From Deltaproteobacteria bacterium (lineage in GTDB: Bacteria > Desulfobacterota_D > UBA1144 > Nemesobacterales > CSP1-2): a DNA stretch of 64,000 nt. Both the position numbers and the translations under genes were made by a program. Positions within the stretch are counted from its first letter, which is position 1. The number at the start of each line of letters is the position of its first letter. Shown one piece after another: positions 1 through 9,150 of the stretch. Location: NCBI GenBank assembly GCA_052390235.1, contig JBQTHB010000005.1, positions 128,001 through 192,000 on the forward strand, in the 5' to 3' direction. The notes beneath the pieces were generated by a model, which was not told the DNA's origin, did no database searches, and saw only the letters and a list, made by a program, of their open reading frames with translations.

Positions 1-264
1 CAGCTCTTCGTCGGCAGTTTTGACGCGAGCATCTTGCTGACGGGCGGCGTTCAGCCCGCTAATAACCCGTTCGGAGCGGATTTATTACGCTTCACTAACG
101 CAAATTCAGCGGCAACGCCCGTAACCCTCAACGGATTCGGCAACATCACAAACTACGGAGTGCGCACGGTTTTCTCGGACGGCGACGGGCTATTCCTAGG
201 AACGGCAAACCCCTTTAATATCAATCGAGGCGGAGGGTGGGAGCTTCTGAGATTTACGCCTTAA
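1..264 (+). CDS. 3' end of a probable beta-propeller-type hypothetical protein (runs off the window start)
   Basis: Frame is open from base 1 (QLFVGSFDAS...). Blade-like motifs LFVGSFD and LFLGTANP plus GFGN..NYGVR; TAA at 262-264. Confidence 0.6.
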   Translation, partial: QLFVGSFDASILLTGGVQPANNPFGADLLRFTNANSAATPVTLNGFGNITNYGVRTVFSDGDGLFLGTANPFNINRGGGWELLRFTP

Positions 265-321
265 CATAAGGGTTAAGTCGGGTACAATTAGGCAGTCAAG
301 CTCGGTTTAGAAGGGGTGTTT

Positions 322-1347
322 ATGCAGAACAGGATTTTTTCGGTCGTCTCAGGCATCGGCTCGTATCTGCCGGATGGGGCTGTAACCTCAAGAGAGGTGG
401 ACGAGAGACTCGCCGACCTCAAATATTTAAACGTGAGCCACATGGTGGAGTCCATCACGGGGGTAAAAGAGCGCAGGCACGCTCCCGAAGGCGTTCACGC
501 CTCCGACATCGCAGTATTTGCCGCCAAAGACGCCCTCTCGAACTCTGGACACTCCCCTGAGGACGTGGACACTATCCTATACACCTCCTGTAGCCGAGAC
601 CTCACCGAGCCTGCTACAGCCTCCATCGTGCAGGCAAAACTCGGCGCGGTAAACGCTCGGCGCGTAATGGACGTAACCAACGCCTGCAATAGCTTTCTCT
701 CAGGCCTGGAGGTGATAAATTCACTTATCGCCGTGGGGCAGACCAAAATCGGGCTAGTCGTCGCCGGAGAGAGGCTCAGCACTGTAGTAAATTGGAATCT
801 AAAAAACCCAATGGAGCTTAAAACCGGATTTGCCGCCCTAACCCTCGGAGACGGCGGCGGGGCTTTCGTCGTTACCCCAAACTCTGAGAATGGAAAACGC
901 GGCATAGTGGGGTCTCATTTCTTCTCCGACGGCAGGGAATGGGAACTGAGCGTTGTCAGGGGCGGCGGCACAATATCGCCGAGAAACAACCTGCCAGACA
1001 CCTACTTTCACTGCGACAGCCTTAGGCTAAACCGGCTCGCCATGAAGCACATCCCCGAAGCCGTCGAGGGGGCTTTGGAGCAGAGCGGATTTTCGCTTGA
1101 GGAAATCGAGCTTGTGGTGCCGCATCAGGTGTCGCTGTCCATTTGCGAGAAAATAGCCTCCAAGTTCAACTACCCAATGGAAAAAATCATGGTTACCCTC
1201 GACCGCTACGGCAACATGGGCGCGGCAAGCATCCCATTTGCCCTTAAAGAAGCCGTCAAACAGGGCAGGGTGTTTAAGGGAAGCCCCGTTCTGCTCCTAG
1301 GCGGCGCGGCGGGCTTCAGCGCGATTGGCACGATACTGGTGCTTTAA
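322..1347 (+). CDS. OleA-like 3-oxoacyl-ACP synthase III / biosynthetic thiolase family protein
   Basis: Cys-His-Asn triad (DVTNAC, VPHQVS, YGNMGAASIP). EPATA and FAALTLG motifs resemble OleA more than canonical FabH. ATG 322 or GTG 316. Confidence 0.85.
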   Translation: MQNRIFSVVSGIGSYLPDGAVTSREVDERLADLKYLNVSHMVESITGVKERRHAPEGVHASDIAVFAAKDALSNSGHSPEDVDTILYTSCSRDLTEPATASIVQAKLGAVNARRVMDVTNACNSFLSGLEVINSLIAVGQTKIGLVVAGERLSTVVNWNLKNPMELKTGFAALTLGDGGGAFVVTPNSENGKRGIVGSHFFSDGREWELSVVRGGGTISPRNNLPDTYFHCDSLRLNRLAMKHIPEAVEGALEQSGFSLEEIELVVPHQVSLSICEKIASKFNYPMEKIMVTLDRYGNMGAASIPFALKEAVKQGRVFKGSPVLLLGGAAGFSAIGTILVL

Positions 1348-1426
1348 GCGCCCGTTACTACAGCTGAGACCTCGACTTGCAGTTATATAATTCGATACGC
1401 TGCCGCGAATGGCGAATTATCCCGCA

Positions 1427-2572
1427 TCATGAATCATGTAAACCGCCGATGATTGTCCAATTGACGGGGTTAATGCGGGCTAAACACTCTCGCATCGCGC
1501 CGTCGCACATCTGTTTTACCGCTGAAACGTCGCCCTCCGGTATGTATTTGAGCCCAGATGTCGGCATCCGAAGCGGCATCCCCATATCATCGAGCTTAGC
1601 GAGAATCTCCCGGCCCTCGTCCGGCAAATCCAAGAACCGGAACAACTCCGCAAGAGAGTGCGCCGGGCGGCGAATTAAATCATCGTAGGCGAGAAAACAG
1701 CTCGAACGGGGGTCTGCCAGATTTTCCAAATCCCCCAGAGCGCGCCGAATCCAAACCAGGTGGTCTCCGGTCATTGCCCTTGGGTCTGGACTCACGGATT
1801 CGAGGTTTACGGTTCTATTCGCCTGCTCCATAAAATACCCTAGCGGGCTATGGTCTGAGTAGTTATATCTCCCCACTAAGAGGCGGTAAAAAGGCGCGGG
1901 CGACTCGGCAATCCCCCTCCATACGGCGATGAATTTCATCTTCGAGTCCACGCAAACGAGCGGGTCGCGGTGGAGATAAATAAACCTAGCGTCGGGAAAT
2001 AGCCCGGCTATCTCTGGTATCCGTCTCGTGAGGTAAGGGGCTTTCCAAAGGAAGCGGCCCTTGCGCTCGATGTAGAGAATTTTGCGCATATAATCTCGCA
2101 GATCCGCCGCCGCCGTGTGGTTATAGGGAATATCTCTGTTCTCGAAATAGCGCAGAATTAAGCCCTGCGCCTCCTGCGGCGAGTCGAAGCCGACCATTAT
2201 ATCATCCATCTTGCGGGCTATGGGCTTGAGAAAAGACGCCGGGAAATACCGCTTCGCCAGTATCGGGAACATATCGAACAGGTCGGAATACATACGAGGA
2301 GTCGCAACTTGGGAGTGGAGGCAGAGAATCTGCTGGAGAATCGTCGTGCCGGAGCGGTGAGGGGCTATTATGAATATGGGATTTTTAATCTCCGAGCCAT
2401 GCCACTTTTTCTTATAAATGACATTTTCGAGGCTTGAGAGCGCGTCCTTGAGGCGAGCTGTAGAGTAGTTGACGAAATGCTTATTCTGAAAATAGGTATA
2501 TGCCAAGTACCAGAAGAAATGATATTTCCAGCTCGTTATATCGGGCGTATTCATGGCTTCATCGAGGGACAT
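1427..2572 (-). CDS. PAPS-dependent sulfotransferase
   Basis: 5'-PSB motif IAPHRSGTT, LWKAP, FPDARFIYLHRDP..S (3'-PB), YDDL. Overlaps the P450 stop by 14 nt. Confidence 0.9.
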   Translation of the reverse strand: MSLDEAMNTPDITSWKYHFFWYLAYTYFQNKHFVNYSTARLKDALSSLENVIYKKKWHGSEIKNPIFIIAPHRSGTTILQQILCLHSQVATPRMYSDLFDMFPILAKRYFPASFLKPIARKMDDIMVGFDSPQEAQGLILRYFENRDIPYNHTAAADLRDYMRKILYIERKGRFLWKAPYLTRRIPEIAGLFPDARFIYLHRDPLVCVDSKMKFIAVWRGIAESPAPFYRLLVGRYNYSDHSPLGYFMEQANRTVNLESVSPDPRAMTGDHLVWIRRALGDLENLADPRSSCFLAYDDLIRRPAHSLAELFRFLDLPDEGREILAKLDDMGMPLRMPTSGLKYIPEGDVSAVKQMCDGAMRECLARINPVNWTIIGGLHDS

Positions 2573-3932
2573 CGCGTTTTTCGAGCCTCATCATCACTCG
2601 CTTGGGTCTGAGAGTTACATAAGGCTCAGGCTCTACGCTATATCCCGGCTCGGATTTCATCCGCCACCTCTGAGCAACGGCGGCAAGGACTAAAATCGCC
2701 TCAGTCCAGGCAAATTGCTCCCCGATGCAGTGGCGCGGCCCCCCGCCGAATGGTATGTAGGCAAAGCGCGTGCTGGGCGTGTCTGCGGGCTGCGCGCTCC
2801 ACCTCTCAGGGTTAAACGCAAGGGGGTCGGCAAAGTAGCCGGGGTGTCGGTGTATCGAATACGGGCAGATGAGCAGAATAGACCCAGCCGGTATGGTGTA
2901 TGAGCCAAGCCGATAGTCCCTCTGCGCGAGGCGCGGGGTTAGCCACACGGGCGGATAGAGCCTAAGAGCCTCGGCAAAAACCGCTTTTGTGTATCGAAGG
3001 CGCGCCGCATCATCGAATTCGGGAAGCCTGCCTCCGAGAACAGAGTCTATCTCGGCGTGGAGTTTGCGCTCCACCTCGGGATGCTCCGCGATGAGATGCC
3101 ACGCCCAAGAGAGGGAGGAGGCGGTTGTTTCGTGTCCGGCGAGGAAGATTGTCATGACCTCATCCCGCGCCTGGGTATCGGTCATTGATGAGTTATCCCC
3201 GTCGGCGTCGCTTGCCGCAAGGAGCATCGAGAGGAGGTCTCCCGTGTCTCTGCCGCCGCGTCTGCTGCGAATTATTCGATACACAACGGCATCGAGCCTG
3301 CGTTTCGCCTCATTCGAGTGCGCTATTGCGGGAATCGGCAGTTTCTCGAGAGTTTTATAGAACGGCAGGTGAGGCATAATAAACGTGCGCCACCAATTCT
3401 GCCTGAAAACCGTGAGGGCGTGGCTTATCTCCTGAGTATCGGATTCTACGTCCGCGCCGAATAGGGTCTTGGAGACTATCGTGAGGGTGAGCCGGTACAT
3501 CTCCTGAGATATATCGGCGATGCCGCCGTCGCGCCATTCGTCCCTGAGCCTAGCCGAGCAGTCGGACATTACGGCGGCGTATGAGGCTATTCTCTGGCGG
3601 TGAAAAGCGGGCTGGGCGAGCCTCCTTTGGCGGCGGTGAAATTCTCCCTCGCTTGTGAGAAGCCCCTCGCCGAGAACAATTTTCCCCCTCTCCCAAGCGA
3701 CTCCTTTGGTAAAATTGGCGTAGTGGTTAGTCATAACCTCCTGAATGTAGTCGGGATGGTTGAGGAGGAAAATATTTTTATAGCCGAGCCTGAAATTTAT
3801 AATATCGTCGCCGCGCCGGACGCACTCAAGCAAAAATCCCAGCGGGTCGCGCAGAAAAGGAATTAAACAGCCAACAAGGGGAAGCCCCTTGGGACCCTGC
3901 GGGAAAGGCGCGCTAGACACTGCATGAGACAT
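2559..3932 (-). CDS. Cytochrome P450
   Basis: AGHETT I-helix, EALR (ExxR), FNPERW, heme motif FGGGPRHCIG. AAGGAG RBS 8 nt before ATG 3932. Confidence 0.97.
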   Translation of the reverse strand: MSHAVSSAPFPQGPKGLPLVGCLIPFLRDPLGFLLECVRRGDDIINFRLGYKNIFLLNHPDYIQEVMTNHYANFTKGVAWERGKIVLGEGLLTSEGEFHRRQRRLAQPAFHRQRIASYAAVMSDCSARLRDEWRDGGIADISQEMYRLTLTIVSKTLFGADVESDTQEISHALTVFRQNWWRTFIMPHLPFYKTLEKLPIPAIAHSNEAKRRLDAVVYRIIRSRRGGRDTGDLLSMLLAASDADGDNSSMTDTQARDEVMTIFLAGHETTASSLSWAWHLIAEHPEVERKLHAEIDSVLGGRLPEFDDAARLRYTKAVFAEALRLYPPVWLTPRLAQRDYRLGSYTIPAGSILLICPYSIHRHPGYFADPLAFNPERWSAQPADTPSTRFAYIPFGGGPRHCIGEQFAWTEAILVLAAVAQRWRMKSEPGYSVEPEPYVTLRPKRVMMRLEKRDVPR

Positions 3933-4032
3933 GAAACACACTCCTTAAACGTATCAATCCCCCCCCTCACAAGCCAATTCCGGGTGATATTATAATTGCA
4001 GGGGGGCAAATTCACAATTTACGCCGCAGAAA

Positions 4033-4136
4033 CGAGAAGGCAAAGGGAGGAGCGAAAGCGGTTTTTAGTTTTGAGTTTTTAGTTTTTAGTCTCAACACTA
4101 GAAACTAAAAACTAGCTTTTTCTTGTCGTCTTCTCG
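4033..4136. repeat. Tandem heptamer (GTTTTTA x4) with inverted copies forming a long imperfect hairpin
   Basis: GTTTTTA-GTTTTGA-GTTTTTA-GTTTTTA at 4061-4088 faces ACTAGAAACTAAAAACTAG at 4097-4115. Outer arms CGAGAAGGC / GTCTTCTCG. Confidence 0.8.
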
Positions 4137-4176
4137 CCTCAGCAGTAATGCCGTCTTGCATCCCGAATCCGATATA

Positions 4177-4205
4177 TTGACAAAACCGCGATTTAAATAG
4201 ACAAT
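4177..4205 (+). promoter_or_regulatory. Putative sigma70 promoter for the luxE-like gene
   Basis: TTGACA-N17-GACAAT. Implies the start codon is ATG 4231 rather than 4204. Confidence 0.5.
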
Positions 4206-4230
4206 GCAGTCGCGGGGGGGGTATTATCAA

Positions 4231-5613
4231 ATGGACTCAGCCGACGACTATAGTAATACTGCGCAGAATCGGGTTACGGACCCGAGACTGCGCGCCCTGC
4301 TCACCCCTCACGGACAGATTCCCGCGGCGGCGGATAAAGAGCGCGCGATAGAACGAGCCCTCTACACCCCGGAGCAGTTCTCGCTCGCCCCAGACGAGGC
4401 CCTCACCCTGCGGTTTCGCGCTATCTGCGAGAGCTTCGCCTATCATTTTGGGCATAACCCGTTTTACAGACGGTTTTGCGAGACCTCAGCCGTTACGCCA
4501 GGCGATATAAACTCTCCTGATGATTTGGCAAAAATACCCCTCGTGCCGGAGCATATCTTCAAAGGCTCGCCCGGCGCGGAGGATTTCATTCTCTGGATTT
4601 CCGGCATCTCATCGGATGAGCTTGGTTGGGGCGGAGTCAAAAATATCGGCGGCTCTTACGACGAGCAGATAGCCGCTCTGCGCAGAGATTACGGAATTCT
4701 AGTGCGCACCACTAGCGGCTCAAGCGGGATTCCCTCTTTCCTCCCGCGCGACCCCGTTACGAGGCGGAGGAGCGCGCACTGGAAAATCATCGCTTATGCC
4801 GCCATGCGCCCCGATGTTCTCTCATCCCAGAGTCCGCTCTCGGTAACGCTCTGGCCCCTTGATTTTAGCTGGGCGGATTTAATAGCCCCGCCGGAGCGCG
4901 TCCATGCCCTGCTCGATAAAAAGCTCGGGCTCGAAACCGTAATAAGGGCTATGACCGGCGTAAAACAAGAGGGTTTTATTGACAAACTCCTGCGGCGAAA
5001 ATCGGGGGTATCGCCCCTTCTCGCGGATTTAGCCGGGAGGCTTGGGGATTTAGCATCGCCCGGGAGTTCGGGGATTATCTGGGCGCCGCCTTTTCTCATC
5101 TATGCCCTATCGCGCTATGTCCTAGAGGGCGGAGCGGCGTTAAAGCTCTCCGAGCGGTGGAGAATCGAGCTTGGGGGCGGTTGGAAGCTCCTCAGCGAAA
5201 AACCCCTCTCAGAGCCAGAACTGCGCGCTCTGGCAGGCAGAGCCCTCTCCATACCGGAGGGGAATATCCACGACACCTACGGCTCTACAGAGTGCCTTGG
5301 GCTTTGCGCAATCTCCTGCGAAGGCGGCTGGAAGCACGTGCCTCACGCCGTCCTGCACCCGATTGTGCTGGATGCCGAGATGAAGCCCGTCCCCGAAGGC
5401 GAGTGGGGGAGGTTTGCGTTCCTAAATCCGCTCATCCGCTCCTATCCCGGATTCATCGTTACAGGCGACAGGGTGAGGATGCTGAGCCGGTGTCCCTCGT
5501 GCGGGCGCAGCGGTCCAGTGCTGGACGGAGAGATTTCGAGGATGGCGGACGCCGAAGACCGGGGATGCGCGAACATCGTCCGAGAGATAATTAGCGAAAA
5601 ACTGGGGAGTTGA
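4231..5613 (+). CDS. LuxE-like acyl-protein synthetase (ANL adenylating enzyme)
   Basis: YHFGHNPFYRRFC, IPLVP..FK, TTSGSSG P-loop, DTYGSTE, SYPGFIVTGD, and C-terminal RGC, the LuxE acylation Cys position. Confidence 0.85.
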   Translation: MDSADDYSNTAQNRVTDPRLRALLTPHGQIPAAADKERAIERALYTPEQFSLAPDEALTLRFRAICESFAYHFGHNPFYRRFCETSAVTPGDINSPDDLAKIPLVPEHIFKGSPGAEDFILWISGISSDELGWGGVKNIGGSYDEQIAALRRDYGILVRTTSGSSGIPSFLPRDPVTRRRSAHWKIIAYAAMRPDVLSSQSPLSVTLWPLDFSWADLIAPPERVHALLDKKLGLETVIRAMTGVKQEGFIDKLLRRKSGVSPLLADLAGRLGDLASPGSSGIIWAPPFLIYALSRYVLEGGAALKLSERWRIELGGGWKLLSEKPLSEPELRALAGRALSIPEGNIHDTYGSTECLGLCAISCEGGWKHVPHAVLHPIVLDAEMKPVPEGEWGRFAFLNPLIRSYPGFIVTGDRVRMLSRCPSCGRSGPVLDGEISRMADAEDRGCANIVREIISEKLGS

Positions 5614-5615
5614 CC

Positions 5616-6635
5616 ATGGCGACAAACCCTCGCCCCAAAAAACCGAATCAACTCAAGGAGCTGTGGAGGGCTCTGGGTCCCTCGTTCGTTCCGGCGGTGC
5701 TGTGGCTGTCGGCTAAGGCTTTTTGGACTCGGATAAGAAGCGGCAGAGGCCCATTTGCCCCGACTTTTCCCGACCGCCCAGTCCCAATTCCCAAAGCGCT
5801 CAGAGCAGGGCGCACTCCCTCAAAAGAGCAATATCTAAGACCCACGCCGCTTGCCGACTCCGCCGATGCGCAAATCACCGCCCTTGCCGATGTGATACGA
5901 GACAAAGCATCCGGCGACCTAGATTTTGCCCGCTCGGCTTATGATTTCGTCCGTGAGGGGATTTTGTTTGCCATTGAGCCTCCTGCTCCCGACGGAGTGG
6001 CGGGGATTCTGAGACGCGGCTACGGCATCTGCTTCGATAAGGCAAACGTACTTGTCGCCCTCGCCCGCGCCGGAGGAATTCCTGCCAGATACTGCATCAT
6101 TTCCCACTCCTTAGGGGATGAAACGAAACTCCCTCCGATACCCAGAGAGCTTGGCAATCTCCTTGCAGATTGGCAAAAAAGCGGGGATTGGAGCATGAGA
6201 AACATCGGCGTCGGGGCGACAAGGAGGCTGAGCTGGCTCGCCGAGACGGGATTCGACAACTCACTTGCCACGGGACTGCACACTGTCGTTGAGCTTAAAG
6301 CCGGCGGCTCGTGGATTGCCGTTGACCCAAACTGGACTGACGCCGAGGCAGTAGCCCTGGGGCTTCCTCTCCTTCGCTTCGGCTACGACCCGATAACTAT
6401 GTTCGGCTATACCGGGGCGCTCACGAACCGCTCAGAAGCCGCGCCGGTTACGAGGGGACAGACCATTGGGCGACGGATACTCTGCGTCCTAACCCGCGGC
6501 ACAATAGATATTTTGAACCGTACGCTCAACGAGAGGCGCGAGGAGGGGAGGCGCGTACTCGCCGAGGTCGGGGAAGATGCGTATATGCAGAGAATGAAGC
6601 GGTTTTATGTGCCGCTCCCCATCGGCAGGGACTGA
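5616..6635 (+). CDS. Transglutaminase-like cysteine enzyme
   Basis: GICFDKANVLVALARAGGIPAR (Cys), LHTVVE (His), WIAVDP (Asp). GGGGAG RBS lies inside the luxE 3' end; ATG is 2 nt after its stop. Confidence 0.85.
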   Translation: MATNPRPKKPNQLKELWRALGPSFVPAVLWLSAKAFWTRIRSGRGPFAPTFPDRPVPIPKALRAGRTPSKEQYLRPTPLADSADAQITALADVIRDKASGDLDFARSAYDFVREGILFAIEPPAPDGVAGILRRGYGICFDKANVLVALARAGGIPARYCIISHSLGDETKLPPIPRELGNLLADWQKSGDWSMRNIGVGATRRLSWLAETGFDNSLATGLHTVVELKAGGSWIAVDPNWTDAEAVALGLPLLRFGYDPITMFGYTGALTNRSEAAPVTRGQTIGRRILCVLTRGTIDILNRTLNERREEGRRVLAEVGEDAYMQRMKRFYVPLPIGRD

Positions 6636-6703
6636 GGCAATGCGCAGGGACAGTGGCTCAGGCATTCCTGCCGGAGAATACGGGTGTCGAGAAGTAGCAG
6701 GAC

Positions 6704-7981
6704 TTAGGCTCGCTTCAGATAGCGGTCAATAAGTTGCACTGCCCTTGCCACGCCGTCCTCAGCCCTAACTCGCCTCGATAAATCCGCCGCCCTCTCCCGC
6801 ATCCCGCTATCGCCTACAGCTAGGAAAATAGCCGAGGCGAGCCGCTCCACAGAGAGCTTATCAACAGGTATCGGCTCTGAGCCAACGCCCAAATCGGCGA
6901 TGCGGCGCGCCCAAAACGGGTGGTCATAGGAAAAAGGAACGAGAACCGAGGGAACTCCAGCGCGAACGCCCGCGTAGGTCGTCCCCGTGCCGCCGTGATG
7001 CACCACTGCCCGCATCTGAGGGAAGAGCCAGCCGTGAGGGATGGCGTCAATCTGAAACACGCTCTCTGGAATATCCGAGGGAGCAATACCCCCCCATCCG
7101 GTGGCGATAACCCCGCGCTGTCCCGCTCTCGATAGCGCGTCCAGAACGATTCGCGTCGCTTTTTGAGGGTCGCGGGTCTGTAAACTGCCAAAGCCTACAT
7201 AAACCGGCGGCGCGCCTGCATCCAGAAATCTCTGTAGCCTGGGCGAGGGTTTAAATTCCGCCGAGTCGTCCAGATGCCAAAAGCCCGTCAGATGCACTCG
7301 CTCGCCCCAGTCCGGGGGTTTAGGGAGCATCGAGGGGCTGATGCAAAAGAGCATGAGTTTTAGCTCGGAGCGCCATTTTTTGCGGTAATTCACCCAAAAA
7401 GGAATCAGAGGGAGACCCAGTTGCTCCTGCCGCCACCGATTTACGAGAGAGCGAAACGGCAACCACGAGACCATATCACCCACGAGCCAAGTGAGGCGGT
7501 TGACAGAAGCGCCCAGATTCCTCTGAACGAGCAGGCTTGGGAAAGCGCCCGTCGGATACAGAGGCGGGAGAAAAGCGGCTATAGAGGGGATACGCAGTTT
7601 CTCGGCGATATGAGGGCCAAAATAGAAGCTCAGTTGGTTGTAAACTAGGGCGTCTGCTCCTCGCGAGGCATTCCACAAATCAGCCGCGATGCCCAGAATA
7701 TAGGGCTTCACAGCAGAGGCGAACATAGTAAACAGCTTGAGGCGGTTTGCGCCCCCTTCGAGAGCGGCTTTAGCATTTTCCTGCTCCAGAATCTCCATCG
7801 GGTTGCTCTTGACTGAGAAGAACCCAAGCCCGAAGCCCCCGATGAATTTTTCATACACGGCGTGAGTGGCAATGGTTACGCCATAGCCTGCGGATTTTAG
7901 CCCAAGCCCCAGGGCGATGTGAGGCTGAACGTCCCCGCGAGAGCCTATGGCGAGTATCGTAATGTTCATTTTCCGCCTCAA
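6704..7981 (-). CDS. GT1 glycosyltransferase, sterol-glucosyltransferase-like
   Basis: GSRGDVQP N-terminal motif, PPVYVGFGS, IPHGWLFP..VVHHGGTGT..G.P..VPFSYDHPFW. The real start may be the second Met (MNITIL). Confidence 0.92.
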   Translation of the reverse strand: MRRKMNITILAIGSRGDVQPHIALGLGLKSAGYGVTIATHAVYEKFIGGFGLGFFSVKSNPMEILEQENAKAALEGGANRLKLFTMFASAVKPYILGIAADLWNASRGADALVYNQLSFYFGPHIAEKLRIPSIAAFLPPLYPTGAFPSLLVQRNLGASVNRLTWLVGDMVSWLPFRSLVNRWRQEQLGLPLIPFWVNYRKKWRSELKLMLFCISPSMLPKPPDWGERVHLTGFWHLDDSAEFKPSPRLQRFLDAGAPPVYVGFGSLQTRDPQKATRIVLDALSRAGQRGVIATGWGGIAPSDIPESVFQIDAIPHGWLFPQMRAVVHHGGTGTTYAGVRAGVPSVLVPFSYDHPFWARRIADLGVGSEPIPVDKLSVERLASAIFLAVGDSGMRERAADLSRRVRAEDGVARAVQLIDRYLKRA

Positions 7982-8968
7982 TTACAAATGCCCGTTGTCT
8001 TTAAACCACTTTACGGTTTTCTCGATGCTCTGCTCTATCGGGCTTTGGCGGAATCCAAGCTCGCGCAGCGCTTTGGAGGCGTCAACGTGCCAGCAGAATT
8101 TGGATAATTTCACTGAATCCACGTCCATTGTGGAGAAATTCGGAAAGGATAGCCCCAAGATTCTCTCCACCACAAAGGCACTTCCGTAGGCAAAGAAATA
8201 GGGGATTTTCATCTTAGGCGCGGGGATGCCGGTGATTTTCTCCATTAGGTCGAAAAATTCCCTCACCGTCAGGTTCCTATTGGCGAGGATGTACCGCTCC
8301 CCGATGTTGCCCTTCTCCGCCGCCAGAATATGCCCCTCGGCAACGTCCTCGACGTCCACTAAATTGAGCGTGCCGTCCATGTAGCCCGGAAATTTTTTCT
8401 TGCAGTACCAAAGTAGCGCGCCCGTGCTTGAGAGATACACATCCCCAGGCCCAATCACGACCGAAGGGTTTACCACCACAAGCGGCAGTCCCTGCTCGTG
8501 AATCTTAATAGCCGCCCGCTCGGAGTAGTGTTTCGTGTTGAGATAGCCAATCCCCTCGCCCTCGAGAGTGAATTTCGTCTCCTCCGTGGCAACCGCCCCG
8601 CTCGCTTCAGCCCCCACCGCGGCGACGCTACTGGTATGGACGGCTTTTTTCACCCCGGCATCGAGCGCGGCTGAAAGCACGTTTATCGTTCCGCCGACGT
8701 TGATGTCCTGCATTTTTTGGTAATCCGATTTTTTAAACGACACAAATCCCGCCGTGTGATAGACCGTATCGCATCCGGCAATGGCTCGCTTCACAGATTC
8801 AATGTCGGTGATGTCCCCATAGACGCGCTCGATGCCGGGGATGTCGTCAATGTTTGAGGTTTTACTGCTCGCTCTGAGGAGGATTTTTACCTTCTCCCCG
8901 CGCGCGGCGAGCTTTCTCGCAATGTGAGAGCCTAAAAAACCGGTTGCTCCGGTTATCAGAGTTGTCAT
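7982..8968 (-). CDS. NAD-dependent epimerase/dehydratase (HpnA / dihydroflavonol-reductase-like extended SDR)
   Basis: TGATGFLG, HTSS, YLNTK (YxxxK), VVNPSVVIGP, VDVEDVAEGH. AGGAGG RBS. Confidence 0.9.
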   Translation of the reverse strand: MTTLITGATGFLGSHIARKLAARGEKVKILLRASSKTSNIDDIPGIERVYGDITDIESVKRAIAGCDTVYHTAGFVSFKKSDYQKMQDINVGGTINVLSAALDAGVKKAVHTSSVAAVGAEASGAVATEETKFTLEGEGIGYLNTKHYSERAAIKIHEQGLPLVVVNPSVVIGPGDVYLSSTGALLWYCKKKFPGYMDGTLNLVDVEDVAEGHILAAEKGNIGERYILANRNLTVREFFDLMEKITGIPAPKMKIPYFFAYGSAFVVERILGLSFPNFSTMDVDSVKLSKFCWHVDASKALRELGFRQSPIEQSIEKTVKWFKDNGHL

Positions 8969-9150
8969 GAAATACCTCCTTTAATCCTCAATAGTCTCAG
9001 CGCCAAATCCCGTTGCAGAGATTGCCGTTGCCATGATTATGGGACAGGCCGCGCCGCCCGAGGCACAATGGGGATCACAGTGTCGAATCGGCGTTGTTGC
9101 GTAATCTCTGCCGTCACATTCGGGGAAATAACCTTGTATCCTGCCGCGCA

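Noticed and set aside
4231..5613. Bioluminescence (lux) operon
   Set aside because: Only a LuxE-like gene is present; no luxA, B, C or D.
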